Source of the DNA: a phage
Strand: one strand, 5' to 3'
NCBI GenBank assembly: GCA_012813795.1
Contig: GCA_012813795.1_4087.1
DNA length: 64,000 bases
Numbering within the stretch: the stretch's first letter is position 1; the number at the start of each line of letters is the position of its first letter. This document shows positions 52,870 through 61,090 of this stretch, piece after piece. The position numbers and the translations under genes are program-made. Below the pieces are notes generated by a model that was not told the DNA's origin, made no database searches, and was given only the letters and a program-made list of their open reading frames with translations.

Positions 52870-54366
52870 ATGGCATACAGAATGTGGAAAAAAGGTAGAA
52901 CCAATGATTATAAATTCATAGATTCTGCCATTGCTGAACAATACAATATTGGTGGCGTAGACATGTGGCTTTATGCCTTTGTCGGTGCTAAACCATCAAC
53001 AACTCCTAACGACTATTCTTACGGTGGTGATTATATCACTGATGGTTCCGCTGCGTCAAGTATTGGTGACCTAATTTTTGGTGAAACCTCAAATCGTAGT
53101 TACAATCTAGAGGCTATCACACTTAGTTGTGTTTATCAAGTACAAGAAGCAACACCTGATTTAAAAATTCCTGGGTTGTTCTTTAACTTCAACACAATGG
53201 ACATTACAGTTCATTATAACACAATGATGCAGCGATTGGGAAGAAAAATTATGCCTGGTGATGTAATTGAACTTCCAAACCTTCGTGATTTCGATGTTGT
53301 TGGTAAAGATTCAGGTTTAAACCGTTTTTACGTAGTTCAGGACGGCTTTAGAACATCTGAAGGTTACTCTGCAACATGGCAACATCACATTTACAAAATT
53401 CGTGTCAAGCCTATTACCGATTCACCTGAGTACGCGGACTTACTTACTAATAATGATTATCCAGACAACCCAGATGACCCAAATAATGGTAATGGTAACA
53501 GTGGTTCTAATGGTTCTTCACCAAACAGCAGTTATGATAACGAAATGGATATCATGAACCGTATTATAATGCAAGCTGATGATGAAGTCCCTTATATCCA
53601 CTTCACAAATGAACATATATACGATGATAGACCAGATACAACCGATTTGTCAAAGTTTGTTCTTAATGGATATGACTTCCCAGAAGAACCAGCTAACAAA
53701 ATGTACTTCTTGAAGAAAACTTTACCAGTACTGAAAGAGAAAGTCAACAATTCATGGGAAAATGTTTCAGTACCATATGGAACAACGTTTCCACGTAAAC
53801 CATCTGATGGTGATTTCTTCTATAAAGAGAATGATTCAGATGTTACGGGATATTCCCTGTATCAATATGACAAATCTGTCAAAAAGTGGCTCAATTGTGA
53901 TGTAGAATACTCAACAGGTGATGTTCCACCTAAAAATGCTGAAGATTTTTACATTCAATATGAAAAACCAACAATGTACCAGTACTTAGATGGTACATGG
54001 CAAGTTCCACCAGATACACATGTTAACTTACCTTTCAGTTCTAACAGTGTATATGGTAACATAGACTCGCAACAAGATTCAAGACCTAAAATTCCACCTG
54101 CTCGCGGCACTGTGCAAGAAGGGGACACGTTCCCATCTGATCCTACTGATGGTGAATACTTCTATCGCACGGATTACAACCCTGTAACTCTTTGGGAATA
54201 CAGTGAAGTTAAAAAGTCTTGGGTAATCTTTGATTATGGTGGACGTAAACCGTGGGAAGGTGCTGATTTGGCCCTAACCGAGTTCGTTAACAGTCCTAAT
54301 CGTGTCCCATTACACGACGCGGCAAAACCAAACACTCTATACCGTGCAAAAGGGGATAAAGAATGA
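52870..54366 (+). CDS. hypothetical (probably virion) protein with internal DG(D/E)(F/Y)FY...VKK(S)W repeats
   Basis: ATG at 52870 with GGAG RBS; repeat copies around aa 316-350 and 433-466. Confidence 0.5.
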   Translation: MAYRMWKKGRTNDYKFIDSAIAEQYNIGGVDMWLYAFVGAKPSTTPNDYSYGGDYITDGSAASSIGDLIFGETSNRSYNLEAITLSCVYQVQEATPDLKIPGLFFNFNTMDITVHYNTMMQRLGRKIMPGDVIELPNLRDFDVVGKDSGLNRFYVVQDGFRTSEGYSATWQHHIYKIRVKPITDSPEYADLLTNNDYPDNPDDPNNGNGNSGSNGSSPNSSYDNEMDIMNRIIMQADDEVPYIHFTNEHIYDDRPDTTDLSKFVLNGYDFPEEPANKMYFLKKTLPVLKEKVNNSWENVSVPYGTTFPRKPSDGDFFYKENDSDVTGYSLYQYDKSVKKWLNCDVEYSTGDVPPKNAEDFYIQYEKPTMYQYLDGTWQVPPDTHVNLPFSSNSVYGNIDSQQDSRPKIPPARGTVQEGDTFPSDPTDGEYFYRTDYNPVTLWEYSEVKKSWVIFDYGGRKPWEGADLALTEFVNSPNRVPLHDAAKPNTLYRAKGDKE

Positions 54367-55706
54367 AAGTAGAATACTACTATGATGGTCAATTTCGTCG
54401 AGTACTGAAACATCTTATCAGGATCTTTGGTGGATTTCAAGTACAAAATGGTGTTGATGACGAAGGTAAACCAAGATATAAACAAGTTCCATGCAGATAT
54501 GCAGATATTTCACGTTTAGCAGCAGCAGTTATTAATGGTAATAGTGAAAACGTAATGCCAACTGCTCCTATTATGACTATTAGTGTGAATCAATTGAAAT
54601 TGGATCGTAAAAGTATCCGTTCAAATGCGAACGAAACTATTATTATGGGGACAAATAAGTCCCCTGCACCAAATGAATTCACTCCTGAGTTGGATAAGCA
54701 GTATAAAATAACAAGACATAACCCTGTCCCTTGGACATTTACATTTGATTTAAACATATGGGTTACACAACTGCAAACAAAAATGGAATTATATGAGCAA
54801 ATCAGTACATTGTTTGCTCCAAGTGTTCAATTGCAACTATCTGATAACCCATTAGACTGGACGGCACAAAGTGATGTAGAATTAATTGACTGTCAATTCA
54901 GTACTCGTGGATTTCCACAAGGAACTGATACTGAACTTGATATTATGGTTCTTACATTTGAAACAACTATATGGTTATCATTACCTGCTATCGTTGAAAA
55001 GCCAAAGCTTATACAACAGATAACAACTAATATAGAAAGTGGTCGTGATGAATTGGATTTTGAAATAGGAAACTATCAGGATATAATTACTGATGTATTC
55101 ACTCCTAAAAATTTATGCATCAAAGTTGAAGAAATAACAGAAGCATCGGATAAAAACGCAGATACTTATGTCCTTACATTGGTAAGTCAAAGTATGAGTG
55201 AGAGAACATCCAACGGTGGTATATATTCTTGGGAGAAATATATTCAGTACTTAGAGCCTGAATACAAAGATAAGAAACTCGGTATTAAATTCCAACAAGC
55301 AATCGAAGAAAGTAATCCTTTGCGTGGAACTATAATATCAATGGGACACGAAGATAAGGCAAACAAGATTGTTGTTCAATTGGATAGTAGTAATTATGTT
55401 GTTGATTACTCAATCATAGCGTTGATATCCAAAGATGCAGAATTGTATTCAGCTATACCTGAACAATATTATGTAAATAATAGTGCAAGAGATTTAATTT
55501 ACAAAGACACAGTTATTCCACCAAATTATTTGTTCAAAATAACAAATGAAGGTGCTGAACTAATTGAACCGTCTTCAGTACTTAATTATGTTTACAATCG
55601 TCAAGACAGTCACTATTATAGATACAATGAAAAATTCAAATGGCATAAGAGTATTATGTCGCAATACCGTCAGGGATATTGGAAGATATCATTCACTGAC
55701 AAATAA
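54363..55706 (+). CDS. hypothetical protein
   Basis: ATGA overlap with the upstream gene; GGGGA RBS. Confidence 0.5.
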   Translation: MKVEYYYDGQFRRVLKHLIRIFGGFQVQNGVDDEGKPRYKQVPCRYADISRLAAAVINGNSENVMPTAPIMTISVNQLKLDRKSIRSNANETIIMGTNKSPAPNEFTPELDKQYKITRHNPVPWTFTFDLNIWVTQLQTKMELYEQISTLFAPSVQLQLSDNPLDWTAQSDVELIDCQFSTRGFPQGTDTELDIMVLTFETTIWLSLPAIVEKPKLIQQITTNIESGRDELDFEIGNYQDIITDVFTPKNLCIKVEEITEASDKNADTYVLTLVSQSMSERTSNGGIYSWEKYIQYLEPEYKDKKLGIKFQQAIEESNPLRGTIISMGHEDKANKIVVQLDSSNYVVDYSIIALISKDAELYSAIPEQYYVNNSARDLIYKDTVIPPNYLFKITNEGAELIEPSSVLNYVYNRQDSHYYRYNEKFKWHKSIMSQYRQGYWKISFTDK

Positions 55707-55715
55707 GGAGGATGT

Positions 55716-56180
55716 ATGAATGAGGCAGTAGGAGCAATATTTTTATCTAAAAGTACTGGTCATATGATGCTCAATCTTAGATCTGAAAGCAGTACCTATT
55801 CAAACAACTGGGCTTTTGTTGGTGGAAAACTCGAATACAACGAATCCCCTTTGCAAGCTTTACATCGTGAAATACGAGAAGAATTGGGAGATTCGTTACC
55901 TGATATAATTGATATTATACCCTTTGATGTATTTTGTACAAAGAATGGTAAGTTCAAATATTATTCTTTCGTTGTTGTTGTTGAAAATGAGTTTGTTCCT
56001 ATTCTCAATAAGGAAAGCTCTGGATATGCTTGGGTTAAAATTGGCTCATGGCCTAAACCACTACACCCTGGAGCTAAAAACACTTTATTAAATGTTAATT
56101 TGATGAAAGATTTTTATTCTTTGTGGGAAAGTATAAACGCTGGTACGCAATTTGTCAACAGCCTACCATATAGATATTAA
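55716..56180 (+). CDS. Nudix hydrolase
   Basis: Nudix box GGKLEYNESPLQALHREIREELG; AAGGAGG RBS. Confidence 0.85.
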   Translation: MNEAVGAIFLSKSTGHMMLNLRSESSTYSNNWAFVGGKLEYNESPLQALHREIREELGDSLPDIIDIIPFDVFCTKNGKFKYYSFVVVVENEFVPILNKESSGYAWVKIGSWPKPLHPGAKNTLLNVNLMKDFYSLWESINAGTQFVNSLPYRY

Positions 56181-56210
56181 AAAAAGGAGCCAATGGCTCC
56201 TTTTTCTTTT
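56179..56210. terminator. bidirectional terminator between the Nudix gene and the minus-strand operon
   Basis: AAAAAAA-GGAGCC-aat-GGCTCC-TTTTTCTTTT. Confidence 0.75.
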
Positions 56211-56213
56211 GTA

Positions 56214-57311
56214 TTACACACCAATGATTGGAATACCAGTAATGTTAAGAAGTACTGAAGCCTGAAGCTTAACACTTTGCCCAGTTCCTAAACCAGATAT
56301 TGAACCATCTATACGGAAACCTAAATGTTTACCAGTATTAAGGGAATTTATAACCCATGCTTCATAATCTGTTTTTGTCATTCCACCGGGATTTGGAATT
56401 GTAGGATCTACTCCATTAACTACCATATTAACATCCCATGTAGGTTGTGAACTGGTAATAACATCTTTAATAACTTCTAAACTTGTAATTCGACGTGGGT
56501 CTGGAATCTCACTACATGGTATAGAACCTGGCACAAAAGCACCTTCGTTGTCAATGTAGAATTGACCTTTGATGATAAATGTCTTGGAGTTGAATGGCAA
56601 TGAAACAACTTCACCAGTACTATCCTGTACTTCGCGAATCATAATTTTCAAATCATAGAAATAGTTACTTCCGAATTGGAAAACACCATTACCATTACTA
56701 AAGGATGTCCAGTTATCTGGATCTACCTTAGAACCACCACCTAAGTTGAAATATGCAAGTGTCTTAGTACTTTCAGTTTGGGTAAATTCAATATATTTCT
56801 TACCTAAATCATAGTTTATATCCAAAAGTGATGAATATTCTTTGTTTTCAGGACGAGATGTTTGAATTTCACGCCATTCTTTATTTTTCATCAAAACACG
56901 GAGTGAATCGCCGTTATTTGTCAAAACCATACGACCCATCACACTACTTTCACCATCAGGAATGGTGTTGAATATAGTGATCATTGGAATTGATGCCCAA
57001 TCTGACTCTGATGCAGTATCTATCGGTTGGCGTGCGTTATCTACTAGAGAAATAAGTAGTTCACCAATGTTACCAGTGTTTTTATACCAAATTTGTCCCT
57101 TAACACTACCACGAGGTGCAGATGGCCCACTAAAATGCTCAACTAAGTGTAGGAAGTTCTCGTTCCATGCCTGACCATAACCAACTTTATTACGACCAAC
57201 TAAGTTAATTGGGACTGGGTTGGTCCCTGGTTGATTAGGACCAAGGATGACGTTGTTTGGAATGGAAGCATAAATGCTCCCATCACTGCGATATATAGTA
57301 TAATTATTCAT
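56214..57311 (-). CDS. putative baseplate / fiber-associated structural protein
   Basis: late operon on the minus strand; Gly/Asn/Ser-rich. Confidence 0.45.
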   Translation of the reverse strand: MNNYTIYRSDGSIYASIPNNVILGPNQPGTNPVPINLVGRNKVGYGQAWNENFLHLVEHFSGPSAPRGSVKGQIWYKNTGNIGELLISLVDNARQPIDTASESDWASIPMITIFNTIPDGESSVMGRMVLTNNGDSLRVLMKNKEWREIQTSRPENKEYSSLLDINYDLGKKYIEFTQTESTKTLAYFNLGGGSKVDPDNWTSFSNGNGVFQFGSNYFYDLKIMIREVQDSTGEVVSLPFNSKTFIIKGQFYIDNEGAFVPGSIPCSEIPDPRRITSLEVIKDVITSSQPTWDVNMVVNGVDPTIPNPGGMTKTDYEAWVINSLNTGKHLGFRIDGSISGLGTGQSVKLQASVLLNITGIPIIGV

Positions 57312-57321
57312 TTACCACTCC

Positions 57322-57936
57322 TTACTGTAGTTGTACACGAACAGTATATTTTATTTGTAAAACACGATTCGCACTTTTCTCTACTGGGTGGAAAATAATA
57401 TGAGATAACGGCATACCATTATCACCATCAGTATATAAACCCAATTCATCAAATACGTAAGTACCATCCATATTAGTACTGGAACTTGTATTCTGATCAA
57501 CTGGTTCACCTAGACCTAAAGTGCAAATACAGACGATATCGGTATATGCTTGGCCTGGAATGTGAACAGTTGTGATGTTATTATACTGTGAATCAATACT
57601 ACTTGAGATTCTAGGGTTTATTTTCTTCAAATATGTTTGTGAATATAGACCACCAAATGAGGTTACACGTGGTTTTTTATATGTTACACGACCAGTACTT
57701 AATACAACAGTACCACCGTTACCAAAACGCATTTCTGATATTGACCCAACTGGGATACCGGAACTATCTTGGTTGTATGCTAGTGCGTTAGCAATTGCAG
57801 TACTCATGTTTTCTGGGTGAATTGCGTTCGATTTATCGAGTACAATTTTTTCATTCGCAGGATCAGTAACGTCAGTAATTAGTACATGACCCTTAACGAA
57901 CAGTTTTGGTTGTTCTGTTTCTAATTTCATTTCCAA
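57322..57936 (-). CDS. putative structural protein
   Basis: same operon; by position only. Confidence 0.45.
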   Translation of the reverse strand: MEMKLETEQPKLFVKGHVLITDVTDPANEKIVLDKSNAIHPENMSTAIANALAYNQDSSGIPVGSISEMRFGNGGTVVLSTGRVTYKKPRVTSFGGLYSQTYLKKINPRISSSIDSQYNNITTVHIPGQAYTDIVCICTLGLGEPVDQNTSSSTNMDGTYVFDELGLYTDGDNGMPLSHIIFHPVEKSANRVLQIKYTVRVQLQ

Positions 57937-57939
57937 TCC

Positions 57940-58437
57940 TTAAAAGTTTATTAAAATTTCTTCAATTTTTCCAGCCATACTCTTTTGAACATCTGATGGA
58001 TTCTGACTGATGTAATTACGGTCAATACCAACTTTCAAATATGTAAAATTGCCTGTTAGCGTCTCTGCAAATGTCCCAGTTGTACCATGCTCAAGCATAC
58101 TATCACCATTATTTGGATTGTATATTCTGGTATCAGTAAATTCCAGATAATAATTACATGATTCTGTAAATTTAATTGGGAACCAATCATCATCGGTTGG
58201 ATTACTAGCTAATGTTGCCAAAACATAAATTCGTCCAATAAATTCACGTAATGTGAAGGAAATTGTATGTAGACCTGTAGTACTACCATAGTAACCACCA
58301 CTTGCCATTGGTAATGTCACTTCGTTCCAGTGATAATCGTCATTTGATGGATACCAACTATCAGAATCTGGAAAATCCTGAATAGCTCCATCTTTTCCTT
58401 TGCGTTTGAAAAGAAAATTCTTTGATCTTAAAGCCAT
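57940..58437 (-). CDS. hypothetical protein (first gene of the minus-strand late operon)
   Basis: ATAAATAAAT-like motif upstream on the minus strand. Confidence 0.45.
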   Translation of the reverse strand: MALRSKNFLFKRKGKDGAIQDFPDSDSWYPSNDDYHWNEVTLPMASGGYYGSTTGLHTISFTLREFIGRIYVLATLASNPTDDDWFPIKFTESCNYYLEFTDTRIYNPNNGDSMLEHGTTGTFAETLTGNFTYLKVGIDRNYISQNPSDVQKSMAGKIEEILINF

Positions 58438-58503
58438 TGTTAAGCCCTTTTGTGTAGTGAACTTTCATTTATTTATTATTGGTCTTCGTTGCTGCATTGA
58501 ACA

Positions 58504-58512
58504 GATAAATAT
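58504..58512 (+). promoter_or_regulatory. late-promoter-like GATAAATAT upstream of the collagen-like fiber gene
   Basis: about 35 nt upstream of the ATG at 58547. Confidence 0.3.
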
Positions 58513-58546
58513 TCCTATATGATAACAATTCATAAAGGGAATAATT

Positions 58547-59674
58547 ATGACAATTTCATTCAACAATGGGTCTGGCGGTTCATGTAACAATTCTGGTATT
58601 AAGAGTTTAGTAATTAACTCTGCTGGTCATTTGATTGTAACATTCGCTGATAATACAATACAAGATTTGGGTCTAGTCGTTGGACATGACGGTACTAATG
58701 GTAAAAATTTCTATCCTGATGATGTTGGTATGGAAATACCAGACGGTACATTTGCAGTTGATAAACCAGAAGGTTGGTGTTATTTAAGTCTAGCAAATGG
58801 AACTGCAAAACTATATTTTAAAACAAATGATGCTGGTGTAGAACCAAGTACTTGGAACACAGTAGAATTTGGTAAAGGTGATACTGGTGCACCAGGTAAA
58901 TCATTTAAAATTGATTCTTCTGGTCCTGTTTTTCCAACCACTGGTCTATTTGACCAATATACTTTCTATAATACTTCCGATGGTAAAGTGTATTTTTATA
59001 ATCAAAAAGCTGGTTCATGGAGTAATGGTATTGATTTCCGTGGTGAACAAGGTCCACGTGGTCGTTTCCATATTGACAGTGACGGTCCTGCTTTCCCAAG
59101 TATTGATAACTTACCAGAAGATTATTGCTTTTATAACACGACTGATGGAAAACTATATTACGTAGATATTAATAAGCAAACCACCCCTCCAACAAAAGAA
59201 TGGAGTGAAGGTATTGAGTTCCGTGGTAAAGATGGTGAACCTGGTCCAGAAGGTAAGCAAGGTGATACGGGTCAGAATGGTAAAGATTCAATTATCGTTG
59301 TAAACACGATTGATCATTCATGGACCAACGCAGTATTGGTAATCGGTACATGCCCAGCAGGTTATGTAGTAACTAATATTGAAGTTGATATCACCCAAGC
59401 TTATATTGACCCTGTAACTGAAATGCACATTCGTGTAGGTGGGGAAGCACAAGAAGATATCGGCGGTACTATTATTGCACCAGTTGATTATTTTGATATC
59501 AACCGTGCACTACGCTTTATCGTTAATGAAACAAACCATGAACCGTCAGCAGAAGATGAAATCATTGCTTGTGTTTTTAATGAATCAGTTAATAACAGTA
59601 ATTATGGTCAAATGAAAGTAATTTGTACTCTAGCATGGCAAGCACCAATCCAACCAATTGAAAACAACATCTAA
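58547..59674 (+). CDS. fiber / whisker-like protein with collagen-like G-X-Y triplet runs
   Basis: GKGDTGAPGK, GEQGPRGR, GKDGEPGPEGKQGDTGQNGKD; repeated FxIDSxGPxFP...YNTxDGKxY unit; GATAAATAT upstream. Confidence 0.7.
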   Translation: MTISFNNGSGGSCNNSGIKSLVINSAGHLIVTFADNTIQDLGLVVGHDGTNGKNFYPDDVGMEIPDGTFAVDKPEGWCYLSLANGTAKLYFKTNDAGVEPSTWNTVEFGKGDTGAPGKSFKIDSSGPVFPTTGLFDQYTFYNTSDGKVYFYNQKAGSWSNGIDFRGEQGPRGRFHIDSDGPAFPSIDNLPEDYCFYNTTDGKLYYVDINKQTTPPTKEWSEGIEFRGKDGEPGPEGKQGDTGQNGKDSIIVVNTIDHSWTNAVLVIGTCPAGYVVTNIEVDITQAYIDPVTEMHIRVGGEAQEDIGGTIIAPVDYFDINRALRFIVNETNHEPSAEDEIIACVFNESVNNSNYGQMKVICTLAWQAPIQPIENNI

Positions 59675-59687
59675 GGGGGATTGATTA

Positions 59688-60056
59688 ATGGCAGTTTTTT
59701 CTAACTTTGAAGGGACAATTTTACACAAACAATCTGGGGGTAAATATGTAGTAACAGTAGCTGGTGCATTCGTAGGAAAATATGAACAGCTTAAAGCAGC
59801 AGTAGTTGGTGCTAAAACTATTAGAACACATAACACTGCATGGGGTACAAACCAATATGCTAAAGCAGCAGGTACAAGAATTGTAATTCCTGGTGCTGGT
59901 GAAAATGGAACTGATCTCCACACTCATATAACACGAGCTACATACGTGGTCAACTCGGTATTTTGCATTGATATAGCAGACGAAATAAAAACTGCTTTCC
60001 CTGATGAGACTCCATTGTTAGCCGAATCCCCAATTACATACATTACACTTCCATAA
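59688..60056 (+). CDS. small fiber-associated protein sharing an N-terminal module with the next gene
   Basis: N-terminus MAVFSNFEGT matches MAVFSNLEGT of 60074..60976. Confidence 0.5.
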   Translation: MAVFSNFEGTILHKQSGGKYVVTVAGAFVGKYEQLKAAVVGAKTIRTHNTAWGTNQYAKAAGTRIVIPGAGENGTDLHTHITRATYVVNSVFCIDIADEIKTAFPDETPLLAESPITYITLP

Positions 60057-60073
60057 TAAGGAGATATTTCAAA

Positions 60074-60976
60074 ATGGCAGTTTTTTCTAATTTAGAAGGA
60101 ACTTTGAAGAAGAAATTTATTCTAGGTAAAAATGGTGCACAATTCACGACAAATGGTGATATTGTGCAAATCCAAGATTATTCTGGAACAAGACTTCTTC
60201 CAGTTTCTGCTGGTGACCCAACCGCAAACACACACCTAGTAACCTTAGCATATTTTAATGCTCATGGTGGTAGTGGTGCAAGTGGTATTTTGCGTGGTGA
60301 TATCGCTCCTGCTGATACACTAGGAACTGATGGTGATGTTTATTTTATGGTTGATGCAACCAACATCGTTCAAATATATATTAAAGACCTTGGGATTTGG
60401 AAACCATTTAATGGTGGTGGTCCAGTAACCGATAGTCCTTATGTAACTTCATTCTCGGTCCCTGTTGCAGCATTTGTTCTTATTCCTGGAACAGTCGATG
60501 AATATACATATACCATTCCTGAATCACAACATGACCGTGGTCGTGACATTTTAGTTCAAATGGAAGATACACCAACAGACGGTAATCCAAATATTCGTAG
60601 TGTGGTTAATTCCGAAATTACATTGTCTGGATTTGGGGATATTACAATTAAAATGCTTGGCCTCCCAGATGGTATTACTGAGGTTAAAGTTAATATTATA
60701 GGAGCAACCGCTATGACTACCCCATACGGAAAATTGATTAACAAAGCAGACTGGATTGCTGCTGCTGATAAATTCACTTACACTGTCACTGCTGATACAC
60801 ATAAACAAAGTCCTGATTCTTTGTACGTGGCAATCTATGGTAATGATGTACCTGGTTCAACAGCATCTGCACCGTTTGATTTGGTATTCGTTGATACACA
60901 AATTGATACAGATGGTAATGTTACTTTTGTATCTGATGAACAATTCAGTGGTAAGATTGTTATCGCTGGGAAATAA
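60074..60976 (+). CDS. putative tail fiber / receptor-binding protein
   Basis: conserved MAVFSNLEGT N-terminus with a divergent C-terminal region; AGGAGA RBS. Confidence 0.55.
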   Translation: MAVFSNLEGTLKKKFILGKNGAQFTTNGDIVQIQDYSGTRLLPVSAGDPTANTHLVTLAYFNAHGGSGASGILRGDIAPADTLGTDGDVYFMVDATNIVQIYIKDLGIWKPFNGGGPVTDSPYVTSFSVPVAAFVLIPGTVDEYTYTIPESQHDRGRDILVQMEDTPTDGNPNIRSVVNSEITLSGFGDITIKMLGLPDGITEVKVNIIGATAMTTPYGKLINKADWIAAADKFTYTVTADTHKQSPDSLYVAIYGNDVPGSTASAPFDLVFVDTQIDTDGNVTFVSDEQFSGKIVIAGK

Positions 60977-61090
60977 GATTTATGCCAGGTATGGTGTCTT
61001 AGTGCCTGGCTTTTTCATATATACAAATAAATAATTACATATTAACACAGTTAATAAGTATTTTAATTTTACCCAAATGGAGGGAAATGA

